Source of the DNA: Azolla caroliniana
Lineage: Eukaryota > Plantae > Polypodiophyta
Assembly: GCA_043228905.1 (NCBI GenBank)
Contig: JBHGNT010000004.1
Location: 8,804,001 to 8,868,000 of the forward strand
DNA length: 64,000 nucleotides
Direction: 5' to 3'
In this document: in pieces, positions 49,088 through 62,400 of the stretch
Layout: each line of letters begins with the position of its first letter
How positions within the stretch are numbered: position 1 is the stretch's first letter
The notes under the pieces: generated by a model
Told to the model about the DNA's origin: nothing
The model's database searches: none
What the model saw: the letters and a program-made list of their open reading frames with translations, nothing else
Position numbers and translations under genes: made by a program

Positions 49088-52000
49088 CCATGAAGATTTC
49101 TCTCGCGTTACTATGCGTTCATTCAATGAATGGGTCCTAAAAGAAAATAAAGCATTATCTGTTGTTGACATGGAAAAAGAGTTTGATAGATTGTATTGAC
49201 AGTTAAAGCCAAAATAAAGAAATTCTTTGTCTTGGCAAAATATGGCTTTATTTTTGTAGGCAGTTGACAAGAAATATAGAAAAGAATTGGAATTTATGCT
49301 TGAAGTACCAAATACCGAGGATGGTATAACTGCAGATTGGAATGAGGTAACAAATGCTTTTAATAAATTTATGAAAAGAATGCAAAGGAATTGTGCAATG
49401 CTACAAATACCACATGTGGGAATCACAAATCGACTTGAGCAAAACATTGAAGTTCAAAGACTTGGTCGAAAACCATCATACGAAATGGTCCATCAACCAC
49501 GAGAAATGATCGAAACTAAGAGTGAGTCTTTGCTTGATGATTTAGTACAAAGTATGAAAGATTAAACAATTAAAGTGGCAAAGCTTGAGAATGGTTAGAC
49601 TTCAAGGTCAAGGGAACCATTTAGACCTCGATGCATGTGGTGTGATAGTCTCGAACATTGATTCCGTGATTGTGCGGAATATAAAGACATCGAAAATCGA
49701 GACTTGGTCAATTGGAAAAATGGTAACATTTTCTTAACTGAAACTAGAAGTCCACTTTCAAAGAACTTTGGTGATGGTGGTGTTAAGGTTAAGTTTGAAG
49801 AAGCTGAAGCAAAAAAGGCTTCTGCAATGTACTACTCGGCAACAACAGGAATGTGTCTTGATGACAGGCCATGTCGATCATCACTTTGGGAGAAGGTTGT
49901 AAGTTCCACACTAAAGCAAAAGCTGAAGATGGAAGACCTTCGTGTTGCTAGAGATTTTGTAAGGAAAAATACTAGATGAAATGTTCCGGTAGATGCTATG
50001 ACAATCTATGCTCAGATGGCAAAACACTGAGACCATAAAGTGATAATGGAAGAAAAAAGGAAAATCCGGATGATGAGATTGGCCTTACAAAGAAGCATTA
50101 AACAAGAGAAAGCAAAAGAAAAAAGAGATGGACGCAAAAGTCGATAAAGGTAAATCTGGTCCTTCATTCAAATTAATGTTTGATATTGAAAAGGATACAG
50201 ATTGAAGAAAATTTTAGAAACAAGAATACTAGACAATCGAGTAGAATTTACACTAAGAGAAGTATTAGGTCTTGCAAAAAAGGAATTTCATAATGAAATA
50301 ATTGATATTTGTGCGAAGATAGAAGCAAGTAAATGAGCAGGTTAAAGAGACAAATCCGAGGGTGGATATGAAATGGTGAGCAACGAGTCGAACAATATCA
50401 TTGTTGACTCTCAGCATGCATCAACCTCAATGATAAGTTCAACATATACAAGAAGGCACTACTCTCACAAATGTTGTGCAAGAGCCACTACTCAGCATCA
50501 TGTGAAGATTGGAAATGTTCCAGACCCGGTGATGGCACTTATTGATCATGGTTCTGAAATAATTATAATGAGTGAAAATTTTTACAAGAAAGGTAGATGG
50601 CTAATGTATACTCAGCATGGTTGATGAGTAAAAGCAGCCACATCAGTCAGTGAAGATTTATTTGGTGCATGCCCAAATGTAAAGGTTATTATTGGTGATA
50701 TAGAGGTAGATCAACATTTCTTTGTGCAAGAAGGATCTACCTATCCAATAATCTTGGGGCAACCATACATCGCAACGGTACGGATGGAATCGAAAGTCCT
50801 CGACAATGGTTCTGCCTATGCAAAGATCCGCAACCAAGATGGACGACGAACGGAACAGTTTATGACATTTCACCCAAATCATGAGAGGAACAAGCAAGAG
50901 CTTCGTGATCATTCGATACCGAAAGACTCTGACGATTTTAATAATTAGGTTTTTGACTAGGACTGTTGCAAATGAGGGTTGCAATAGTCTCATTATTAAA
51001 AGACCTTGATGTGGGGCATTACAACATATGAATAAGTCATTTCATGTTTCTGAAAGTGGTGCTATATGTGTGACTAGGATGTAGGACTGCAAGAGGAACT
51101 TGAAAAAGAATGCTAATTTGTTTCAACAAGCATTGAAAGGTAATGGAGTACTTGAAATGGAAGAGCAGATTCAAAGTGTTATGGAAGAAATTTCTTTTGC
51201 AAATACTATAGAAGAGTTAGAAATGTATTTGAAAGAGGATGATGAGAGTGTTAAAAAGATACATGTAAACTCAATTGATATGTAATACGAGATTGATAGG
51301 TATAATTGTAAATATGAAGAAGTAGAAAGTTTATGTAATACAAAATACAAAACATTAGATAAAAAGGTCAAACCTTTTGCAGTACCATTACCTATTGGTA
51401 ACGAAGAGAAGATAAAGGCAAAAACAACCGAGCCTATGCTTCGACTAATACATAAGATCAGACATCACTTCACTTCGGAGACAATAAATAACTTGAGAAT
51501 CGGAGGGGATGAATTTCTTCTGCAATCAGATATCTCGACTTTCAAAGAAATGATCTTTAGGCATGCGAAAACGTTTGCATTCAAATATGAGGAGATTGGT
51601 TGTGTAGATCCAAACGTGGTGATGTCAATGGTAATATTTACTATCCCTCATATTCCTTGGAATTTTAAACCTATTACAGTACAGAGAGCTCGATTGCTTC
51701 AGTTGTTGGAGCTGCTAAAGGATTAAGTCAAGATAAAGATTTTAGAGCCTTCCAACGCACAACATTCCAACTGTTGGTTCACTGTTCCAAAGAAAGATGG
51801 CTCTCTAAGATTTATTCAAGATCTACAACTAGTCAACAAAGTCACAATCTGAAATGAAGGAATTGGACTGATCGTTGATGAATTTGTAGAAGCTTTTGCT
51901 GGGAGAGCTATTTACTCTATGGGAGACCTATATTCAGGATATGACCAATTTTAGCTAGCAATTGATAGTCGCAATATCACAACAATGAAAACACCAATTG

Positions 52001-52372
52001 GATTGGTTCGAATGTGCACTCTACCTCAAGGTGCGACAGATTCAGTTGCTCATATGATGAATGCAATGAACAAAGTTCTACATGAGTACATCCCTATTGA
52101 GAATCAAGCTCAACTTGGTCTAGTGTGTGAACTCACCTTGAGAGTGAATAGACACTCCAACGGTCAAGAGTCACCATTAAGTCACCACTTTGTATTCTAG
52201 CATTTAGTATGAGTCATAGAATCATATTCTATGACACATAACTTATCAGCTTTCACATTCCCCATGCTCCACGAGTCTTGTAGTTAATGAAGAGAGAGGG
52301 TGACTATATAAAGCACCCTCCTCCCACCTTGTATGAGGTTGAGTCTTCTCCTTTGTTAATATACTTTTACCT

Positions 52373-53041
52373 TGTTGAGAACTCGACGTTCCTTATGTCC
52401 GACGCTCGGCCGCAACCGAGATTCTTTTCATACACAGAAAAACAGGTAATGAAACGCGACACAAAAGAGGAGAAATGGTACACAGGAGGTATACGTGGAA
52501 AAACCCCAAAATAGGGGAAAAAAAACCACGACAGCCCACAAGCTACAAACTGTCACTATGTAGAAATATACAACAGTGAGATCACCGAGGCAACGACCTC
52601 GTGCTCTCAGATCTTCGCCACAGGCGGCGGTTACAACAGAGGCAATGACCTCGTCTCTCTCTCTCTCTCTTTGTACAGTTACGTGCTCTGATTTCTTCTT
52701 GCACCAACAAGGAAGAATAATCACAAAAACGACAACTACACAAAAAAAAACTAAAAGTTTGCCCTAAGTCATATTTATACTAATATGACTTTTCGGCTAT
52801 TTACAAATGTAGCCTCGATGGGCTCCATCCGGCTCTCCGCAGTCGGGTACTCCCCGTCCGGCTCTCCGCAGTCGGGTACTCCTCATCCGGTTCATACCGG
52901 GCCTACACCATCCGACTCTCCGCAGTCGGGTTCTCCCCATCCGGTTCATACCGTTTCGGCCTCGGCCTGTCGGCCTCGGCCGAGTTTGTTCGTCGGCACT
53001 GTTCTTCTCCCTTCCCATCCGGAGGGACCTGTCTACCAACA
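52373..53041 (-). repeat. copia solo LTR (related to the LTR of A) in the 5' LTR of F
   Basis: TGTTG..CAACA ends, TSD TACCT (52368-52372 / 53042-53046); the empty site is visible in the 3' LTR of F at 57788-57796. Confidence 0.95.
52825..52953. repeat. about 30-bp imperfect tandem repeats in U3 of the solo LTR
   Basis: TCCGrCTCTCCGCAGTCGGGT x3 and CATCCGGTTCATACCG x2. Confidence 0.88.
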
Positions 53042-53307
53042 TACCTTGCGTATTCTCTATGTCTTCTTCCTTGTCTCTCTCTCTCATACACACACATAAC
53101 TCATATCTCTTCCGCTTCACAAGAATCATATCCGATTCTTTACATTGGTATCAGAGCGATTTGGTAGCTCGATCTAGCCCATTCACCTCATCGTGATCAT
53201 GTGTTGTGCTCCACGCCGACGACCAATAACCGGCTCATCGCTATCGTAGCTTCACTACATAGCTTGCATTCGAAGAGAGAAGAAGAAGAAGAAGAAGAAT
53301 CGAAATA

Positions 53308-56300
53308 ATGAATACTCAAATGGGGAGTGCTCTCCATACCGAGAAGTTGGATCGAAACAACTTCGCATCTTGGGAGTACAAGATGCACCAATACCTTGTC
53401 GGACAAGGCTATTGGAGCTACATCAAAGGAGCGCATGAAGACCGACCCGCCGAAGCGGCTCCCAGATACGCGACATGGGAGCAAGCCGCAAGCCGCATGA
53501 TGGATTGCTTGGTGACATGTGTTCACGATCACGTGCTCGGCTACATTCACGAAGCCAAGACGCCAAAGGAGGCATGGGAAAATCTACGAAAGATTTTCGC
53601 CGCCAACACGACCGCGAGGAAGCTTCAACTCCGCCAAGAGTTGAACAACATTCAACAAAGGGACATGTCCATTACGACATACACCTTGAAGATCAAGGAG
53701 CTTTGCGATTGGCTCGGCTCAATAAGCGTAAATATCGATGATGATGAGATGGTTCAAATATGCCTCGGCGGCCTCGCACCACGGTTTGGCGCAATGCGAA
53801 CCGCCGTTCTAGCATGGGAGAAATCTCCCTCCTTCTTCGAGCTCCAATCAATGCTATTGGTCGAAGAAAACCACGTGCGTACAAGGAGCAATGAGTCGGA
53901 AGGCCACATGCTCTACACGCACTCGAATGGAGGAAGAGGACGCGGATGGTTGAGAGGCCGATTCAGCGAAGGACAAGGCGGACGAGGTCCGATTTACGAT
54001 AACAACTCCCAATTTCGGCCGCAAAATGGAAGCCAACGAGTAACCTTCACAAGAAGGGGGAGCTTCCACTCCGGCCCGAACCGTCAAAACGCAACCGAAT
54101 GTGGATATTGCGGAAAGCTCGGCAACCACGAAGAAGAGTGCCGAAAGAAGATGCGTGAATCGGCTTCCACAAGCCGACAACTCACGAATTACGCGCAGAA
54201 CTCCAACTACGAAGGTCGTGGCAGAATGTATGCACACAACTCTGACCGTGGCGGAATGTACGGGTACAACTCCGACTACGAAGATCATGGCAGAATGTAT
54301 GCACACAACTCTGACCGTTGCGGTATGTACGGGCATAACTCCGACTACGAAGATCGTGGCGGAATGTATGCACACAACTCCGACCGTGGCGGAATGTTCA
54401 TAATGAAATATAGAGCAAACTCTATTTCGGCCTCTACCTCAACTAGTGTCTCCAGTCTGGAAGACGTATGGTTCGTCGATTCCGGTGCCTCGAACCATAT
54501 GACATCGCATCAAGAATGGTTCCGAGAACTTCGAGAGCTTGACCGACCCGACTATGTCGAAACCGAAGACGACACTACACACCCGATTCGGCACATCGGC
54601 AATGTTCCGTTCGTAAAACAAGGTAAGAAAATTTAAATTAAAAATGTCTTGCATGTACCGACCATTACGAAGAATTTGGTCTCCGTCGGCCAAATTGTAG
54701 AGCAAGGGATGCAAGTTCGATTTAATCAAGGCGGTTGCTTCATCGAAAAAGAGGGCTGACTCATCGCACGCGGACGAAGAGAGGGCCAAATGTTCATTCT
54801 CGACTCACACGAGATGAAATCGGCCATGTTCGCAAAGGCCATGAAAGCCGACTCCGACATAGAGTTATGGCACAAACGGATTGGGCATATAAATCTCCAA
54901 AAGCTCAAAGCAATGTCATCGAAAGGAGTCGTCATCGGATTCCCAACATTCAAAGAGAAGGAGATTGAAGGTGTATGCAAAGCGTGCCAATTCGGCAAGC
55001 AACACCGACACCCATTCCCGATGAGCGGAACGTGAGCAAAGGTCTACTTGATGTAGTCCATTCCAACGTATAGGGACCGGCGCAGACGGCTACATTCAGT
55101 GGATGCCGATATTACGTGCTCTTCGTCAACGACTTTTCTAGGCACACTTCGATCTACCCGATGCGGCAAAAGAGCGAAGTGTTCGGACACTTCCAAAATT
55201 TCAAGAATGAAGTCGAGAAAGCCATGGGCCGACATATACGATGCCTTCGATCGGATGGCGGCAAGGAGTACTTCTCGGACGATTTCACGGCGTATCTCCG
55301 AAAGGAAGGAATTTGGCGAGAATTCACTTGTCGACACACTCTGCAACAAAATGGAGTAGCCAAGCGCAAAAATCGGCACATCCTCGAAGTAGTGCGGGCC
55401 ATGATGAACGAGAAGCATATGCCCAAGTCATATTGGGCCGAAGCTGCAAATACATGGTCGTCTACCTAATGAATTGGTGCACAACATCCGGCGTGCATGA
55501 GGTCACTCCGCACAAAAAATACGTCGGAAAGAAGTCGAACTTATTGCACACCCGGATATTCGGTGCAATAGTGTACGTGCACATCCCCGATGAGAAGCGT
55601 CAAAAGTTTGACCCGAAGTCGGAGAAATGTATCCTCGTAGGATACTCACTGGAGCAAAAGGGGTACAAGTGCTACAACCCCTCAACTCAAAAATCTCGAG
55701 TAAATCGAGACGTCTTCTTTGACGAGTCCGCATCCTGGTATGCATCAGAGACGACTTCGACTTCGACTCCGTTGGACCCAGAATCCGCCGAACAAGAGAT
55801 AGAGGATGAAGATCGCCTTACGTGCATGATCGAAGAAAGTCCGATCACGACCTGACTGAGCTGACCACAAGAGCCTTTGAGCGATCAAAGCACATCACGG
55901 CCTAGCCCAAAGATGGACAAAGGCAAGGCGAAAATGGCAGAATACGCAGGCGATCGCTTCGACGACGATAAGGCGACACACTCACTCGACAGTGAGTTCA
56001 ACGGTTTCGAGGTACCAATCGGAGCTAGGAAAGCCCTCATCTCTGCAAACGAAAAGCTTCGCCGATCCACACGTGAAAAGAACCTCGTAAGTCGATTCAG
56101 CTACAACAATTATATGGCGTACCATTACGCCTTTATGATGAAGGTAGCGACAATACGGGAGCCGGAAACCTTTTCCGAAGCTGCGAAGGACCTGCGATGG
56201 ATCGAAGCAATGAACGAGGAGATGCAGGCACTTCGGAAGAACGAGACGTGGGATCTCGTTCTTCCGAAGCGATTCCGCAAGTCCGATCGTCATCATCTTA

Positions 56301-57265
56301 TATGTGGATGACCTAATCATTGGAGGTGAGCATCTCGTTGAAATCAATAAGGTCAAATCCCTACTTTCCGACAAGTTGGAGAGGACGGACATGAAGGAGC
56401 TCCACTACTTCCTCGGCATCGAGGTAATTTGGACTCCGGCCGGAATCTTGTCTCTCAACGACACTACATCATCAACTTGTTATACAAGTTCAGTATGGAT
56501 GAGTGCAAATCCGTGGCAACCTTGCTCGATCACAATCTCAAACTAGATGCGAACTCCGGCACCAAAGCGTGTGAGCCGACTTAGTATCGACAAATCATCG
56601 GGAGTCTCATCTACCTCACGATCACTCGACCCGATTTCAGTTATCCGGTTGGTCTCCTTAGCCAATTCATGCAAATACCGCGTGATGCTCACTTGAATTG
56701 CGCTAAGCGAGTTCTACAATACGTGAGCAGCACAATGGATTACAGCATCCTCACAAGACCGTGATGCCAATACAACTCGAGGGGTACACAGACGCCGATT
56801 GGGCCGGCTACAAAGATGATAGAAGGTCAACCTCCGGATTTGTTTTCTCCCTCGAGAGCGGAGCAATATCCTAGAGTAGCAAAAAGCAGTTGACCGCCGC
56901 TCTTTCGAGTACGGAGGCTGAATACAGGGGTGCAGTCGTAGCTGCATGTGAAGCCGTATGGCTCAAGAGGATTTTGAAGGATCTAGGCGTACCCATCAAG
57001 GATCCGACCTCCCTTTACTGCGACAACATGAGCAGTATCTATCTAGCTCGGAACCCAGTGTTCCACGCGCGGACAAAGGACATCGAAGTGCACTATCACT
57101 TCATCTGAGAGCGCGTTCTAGCTGGTGATGTCGACCTACAACACATTAGCACAAATCTTCAAATGGCCGACATCTTCACTAAAGCCTTAGGAGCTGACAA
57201 GCTGTGGCAATTCATGACCGATCTCGGATGGACAATCCCTGACCTGCCAAGCTTGAGGGGGAGTA
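53308..57265 (+). pseudogene. copia F gag-pol
   Basis: 442-aa gag-PR ORF (KLDRNNFASW, CGYCGKLGNH, WFVDSGASNHM) followed by broken INT, RT and RNase H ending ADIFTK..SLRG. Confidence 0.92.
54199..54397 (+). repeat. in-frame 69-bp tandem repeat (about 3 copies) in F gag
   Basis: Encodes NSDYEDRGRMYAHNSDRGGMYGY-like units. Confidence 0.92.
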
Positions 57266-59411
57266 CTGAAGATATTACGCAATAACGCGTGGATTACGCA
57301 ACCACGCAACGAAGCCGCGAAGAGTCGATCTACTGCACAAAGCCGCAAAGAAAGATGCAAGCCGAAGCACAGCCTTCGCAACTACGCACAACGCAAGCTA
57401 CAGCACGGATTCCGCAACTCTGCATAAATGCGAGTCGACGCGGACTCCAGAACGCGATTCGAAGTGGATTTCGGATACCATCTAAAACCGACCTGACTTG
57501 AGCTTGAGGGGGCGTGTTGAGAATCAAGCTCAACTTGGTCTAGTGTGTGAACTCATCTTGAGAGTGAATAGACACTCTAATGGTCAAGAGTCACCGTTAA
57601 GTCACCACTTTGTATTCTAGCATTTAGTATGAGTCGTAGAATCATATTCTAGGACACATAACTTATGAGCTTTCACATTCACCATGCTCCATGAGTCTTG
57701 TAGTTAATGAAGAGAGAGGGTAACTATATAGAGCACCCTCCTCCCACCTTGTATAAGGTTGAGTCTTCTCCTTTGTTAATATACTTTTACCTTGCGTATT
57801 CTCTGTGTCTTATTCCTTGTCTCTCTCTCTCATACACACACATAACTCATATCTCTTCCGCTTCACAAGAATCACATCCGATTCTTTATAATCCGAAAGG
57901 TAACTATGCCATGTTTAGACGATATTCCTATTAAGGGATGCTTAGAAAGAGAGAAAGATGAGACTATGGTTGGAAATGGTTGTAGAAAGTTTGTGATGTA
58001 TCACATTAATGATTGTGAAAGTATTTTAAATAAGCTTGAGCAGGTACATTTGACACTATCAGGAACAAAGTCAAGCTTTGTGAAGAACGAAGTTCTGATA
58101 GTTGGTCATATGTGTGGCCGGTATGGCAAGAAGCCTTCACCGATCAAAATTAACGCAATACAAAATATGAAGGAGGTTTGTGAATCGGTAACAGAGGTGA
58201 GAAGATTTTTAGGTGCATGTGTGTTTTATCATATTTGGTTACCACACTTTGCATATGTATCAGATCCTCTCTACCAACTTTTAAGAAAAGGGAAGAAGTT
58301 TATTTGGACTAATGAACATACACACATTGTTCAACAATTGAAAGAAGCATTATAAAAAGCTCCAGTTGATACTAGCCCAATTGGGATCGGTTGGGTTATC
58401 AACCAAGAAGATGAAGACCAACATCGATATGCTATATGGTTTGGACCTAAGATATTAAATGAAAGACAATGAAATTATGCACAAGTTAAACAAGAATTGT
58501 GGGGCTTGCTTGATGCATTAAAAACAGATAGAGATTACTTGATCGGAGCAGATGTAGTGGTTGAAACATCAGAATCATAGCCAGTTGCACGACACTAGAT
58601 ATTGCAATGCTTCAGTGGATTGCATACATTAGAATCATGAACCCAAAATTACGGCATATAAAGGGCAAAGAGAACCCAATCGCAGATATGCTGTCAAGAG
58701 CAAGGTTCATAAATGAAAAGGTGATGCAAACTGAAGATAATAATTGGGCAACTACAAGCCATCAAGTTGCTCATCAAGTATCTATTAAGCCTCATGATGA
58801 GTTTAATGTAAGCATAATGTTCGAAGACACGGAATATGAAGGTCAATGGTTAGAAATAGGAAATTTTCTAAAGACACAAGAAGCCAACCCATCATTGTCG
58901 AATAAACAATTAAATGAATTTCGAAGATGGGCATTCAAGTTTTCTTTACATGAAGGGCATTTATGGAGGAGTCTAAAAAGACCAACCAAAAATCCTCTTC
59001 GAGACATTTTTAAGGATGACATTAAGAGAAAATTAATTATTGAATTCCATGATATTTGTGGGCAGGACATAGTGACATATGGGTGACATCTATGAAGTTG
59101 AAAGAAGAGTATTGGTGACCACAGATGTATAAAGATGTAACGAAATTTGTGGAAACCTATGAGGTCTGCCAGAGGTATTCAACTATTTGGTATCAAGATG
59201 AGCTAAAAACAACATATTCATCATCAATGCATTATAAATGGATGGTCGAGCTAGTGACAATGCCACTTGGGGAAGGTTAAATGCGATATTTTGTACTAGC
59301 AAGAGAAGACCTTACAAACCAAATAGAAGGAAGGCCACTACGACAGAAAACAACTAGAGTTGTACTTAAAGTTTTGTTAGAAGATGTAATATGTCATTTT
59401 GGGTGTGTTAG

Positions 59412-62400
59412 TGTTGAGCGGCAAGCTCAATTGGAGCCAGATCGGCTGGATAAGCCTGAGCCGGTGAGCACCCGGTGAGCAAAAGAGCCGGTGAGCTGGG
59501 GAGCCGGTTAGCTGGATCCATTAGTAATCGGAAGCCTAGTAGTAGCTAGACTACTAGGGAGTTATTACTCTCGTAGTTAGTATCAGACGCTCGAGTGAGC
59601 ATTGAAATACACCGTACTTTTGTCAGTCTGTATGGACCTGTATAAAAGTGTTCGCTAAACACATACAATGTACAGAGCGTTGATATAATTTTTGAATAGA
59701 GATTCTTGTTCTCTCTCTCTGTCTCCCCTGGGTACTATTAAGCTCTCCATTAAACCTGTTCTCTGTTTTTTGTTTTTTTATTGCTTCCACACGCTATTTG
59801 TTTTTACATGGTATCAGAGCACAAGGGTTGAGAACCTCTACAACCAACATTCACGTTCGCAAGAAGAAAACCTAACCTTTGTAAAGAACAGAAGAAAAAA
59901 AAAACAATGGATAGAGGAATGGCTAGCTCGCTTCCGGTGGAGAAGCTCGACAGATCCAACTACGCATCTTGGTCATACAAGATGCACCAGTACCTGCTTG
60001 GGCATGGTTACTGGAGCTATGTCAACGGAGCTAACGACACAGCACATGATGTAGCACACAAGGACTTCCCGGTGTGGGAACAATTGGCAAGTAGAGTGAT
60101 GTACTGCTTTGCATCCAGTCTGGGAGACCAGCTGCTGAGCCATGTCCGAGATGCCGGGACGCCGAAAGAGGCTTGGGGAAACCTGAAGAAGGTGTTCGCC
60201 GCAAGCACCACAACCCGGAAGCTGCAACTCCAACAGGAGTTGAGCAATGTCCGACAGAAGGACATGTTGGTGGCTGATTACACGACCTGAATCAAAGAGA
60301 TCTGTGACTCGCTTGCCTCTATCAATATCAATGTAGAGGAAGACAAGATGGTACAAGTCTGTCTTGGGGGCCTGACATCCAAGTTCCAAGCTTTTCGGAC
60401 AGCAGTATGTAAGAGGGAGAATACACCATCATTTTTCGACTTACAGTCGATGCTCCTTGTAGAGGAGAACCACGCCAGTGCGTCAACTAGTGCACCCACC
60501 GACAACCGGATGTTGTACATGGAGGCGGGTGGGCGTGGTGGACGAGGTGGGTCAGCACGGAATGGAGGCGGCCGGAAAGGGCAAGACCGACGACACAGAG
60601 ACCGTGCTAATAGCAGTTCCGGGACTTCCACAAGCAGGGGGAGTCAAGGTGACGCCAGAGGCTGGCAAGACAAATCCGCCACGGAATGCTGGTACTGTGG
60701 CAAAAAGGGCCATAGAGAAAGCGAGTGCTAGAAGAAGCGCGCCGTTACGTTCACTCGGCATATGTGCTCCGAAGTAAAGTAGTTTTTGGAAACTTCTTCA
60801 TTATCGGATTCGGCTACACACAAGGATCGAGAGGATTCGGAACCGGGAAGACCGGTAAACGGCCAACCTTCGTGATGAAGCATGAGGCAAACTCGATGAA
60901 GAAGCCCACTTCCAAATCGGAGGAAGTGTGGTACGTTGATTCAGGTGCGTCAAATCACATGACGAGCCACAAAGACTGGTTCTCCTTCTTGGAGAAATCG
61001 GAATAGCTAGGAGTTATCGAAACCGGAGACGATACTCCTCACCCAATCGTGCATGTTGGAGAAGTTCCCCTGAGCCACGTTGGACAGAGGGGGAAGTTGA
61101 TGAACGTATTACACGTTTCGACTACCACGAAGAACCTGGTGTCAGTCGGACAGATCGTCAACCAGGGAATGCAGGTGCGGTTTACGCACCCCGGGTGCTT
61201 CATCGAGGAGGAGGGCCAGATTATCGCGCAAGGGCGTAGAGATGGGAGGATGTTCATCCTCAACACCAATGACGTCGGCACCGCCTTGTTCGCCAAAGGA
61301 CAGAAGGTCAAATCGGACATTGACCTGTGGCACAAGCGAATCGGCCACGCCAATTACCGGCGGCTTCAAGACTTGCAAACGAAACAAGTTGTTTTCGGTT
61401 TGCCGATGTTTAGTGGCCGGAAGGCCCAAGTATGTGAAGACTGCCAACTAGGGAAGCAACACCGGCTTCCATTCCCCGCCGAACAAAACCGTAGCCATAA
61501 CAAGCTTGACCTTATTCATTCGGATGTATGGGGACCGACATAGAGCATGAGTCTTGGCAGGAGTCGATACTTCGTCTCCTTCATCGACGACTATAGCCGG
61601 CACACATGGATCTACCTCATTGAGCGGAAGAGCGAAGTCTTCGACTGTTTCCGGAACCTCCAGAGCACGGTGGAACGGGAATCGGAGAGGAAGATCAAGT
61701 GCCTACGGTTAGATGGCAGAAAAGAATATTTTTCCGACCAATTCAACTGTTACGTGCAACAAACAGGAATTCGAAGAGAGTTCAACTGCAGATACATGCT
61801 GGAGTAAAACGGTGTGGCCAAAAGGAAGAACCGGTCGCTTGTTGACGCGGCAAGGGCAATGTTGGAAGAGAAGAGCATGCCCCATTTCTACTAGGCGGAG
61901 GCGGTCTGGACGGTTGTCTACATCCAAAACCGGATCGGTGACAAGGTGTCCGCGCATGAGCTGTATTTCGGGCGCAAGACGAATTTGAGACACCTTCGGA
62001 TTTTCGGCAACATAGCATATGTGCATGTGCCGGATGAGATGCGGAGGAAGCTGGATGCAAAATCGGAGAAGTGCATCCTCGTCGGCTACTCACATGAGCA
62101 AAAGGGGTATAAGTGTTATAACCCCCGGACGAAGTAGGTCCGAGTTAGCCGCATCATGGTATGCCTTACCAGCTCCGACTTCTAACCCCGACCCGATACC
62201 GGAGGATGAGGCTAGTGAGCCTGAACCGGTCCAATTAGAAGATGATGAATCCGGGACTCAAGAAGAGAGTCCGGAATTGATTCGATTGAGTGGGCCGAAT
62301 GAGAGACTAGGTCAATCCAACCAGTCAGAAGAAGAACCAGCGAGTAGTGAAGACTCTATCGTGCTCTCCCCGTGCAAGGAACCGAGGAGACGGTTCACGA

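Larger units (their letters stand above)
52095..57890 (+). mobile_element. Ty1/copia element F inserted in the RT of G
   Basis: LTRs 52095-53144 (split by a solo LTR) and 57515-57890, TSD ATCCC/ATCCG, PBS at 53146-53157, PPT before 57515; the N-terminal half of RT is deleted near 56262. Confidence 0.93.
46954..59411 (+). mobile_element. Old AT-rich gypsy element G (D2 lineage), host of a solo LTR, F and H; 3' end outside window
   Basis: 5' LTR 46954-47595 (TGTCGAGG...CACGACA), tRNA-Trp PBS at 47601-47618, gag from 47663, ALIDHGSE, PQGA; RT continues across F (HEYIP|KVTMPCLDD); integrase runs to 59411. Confidence 0.88.

Noticed and set aside
52825-54397. CRISPR-like arrays (52825-52953 and 54199-54397)
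   Set aside because: These are tandem repeats without unique spacers, in a eukaryotic retroelement context with no cas genes.
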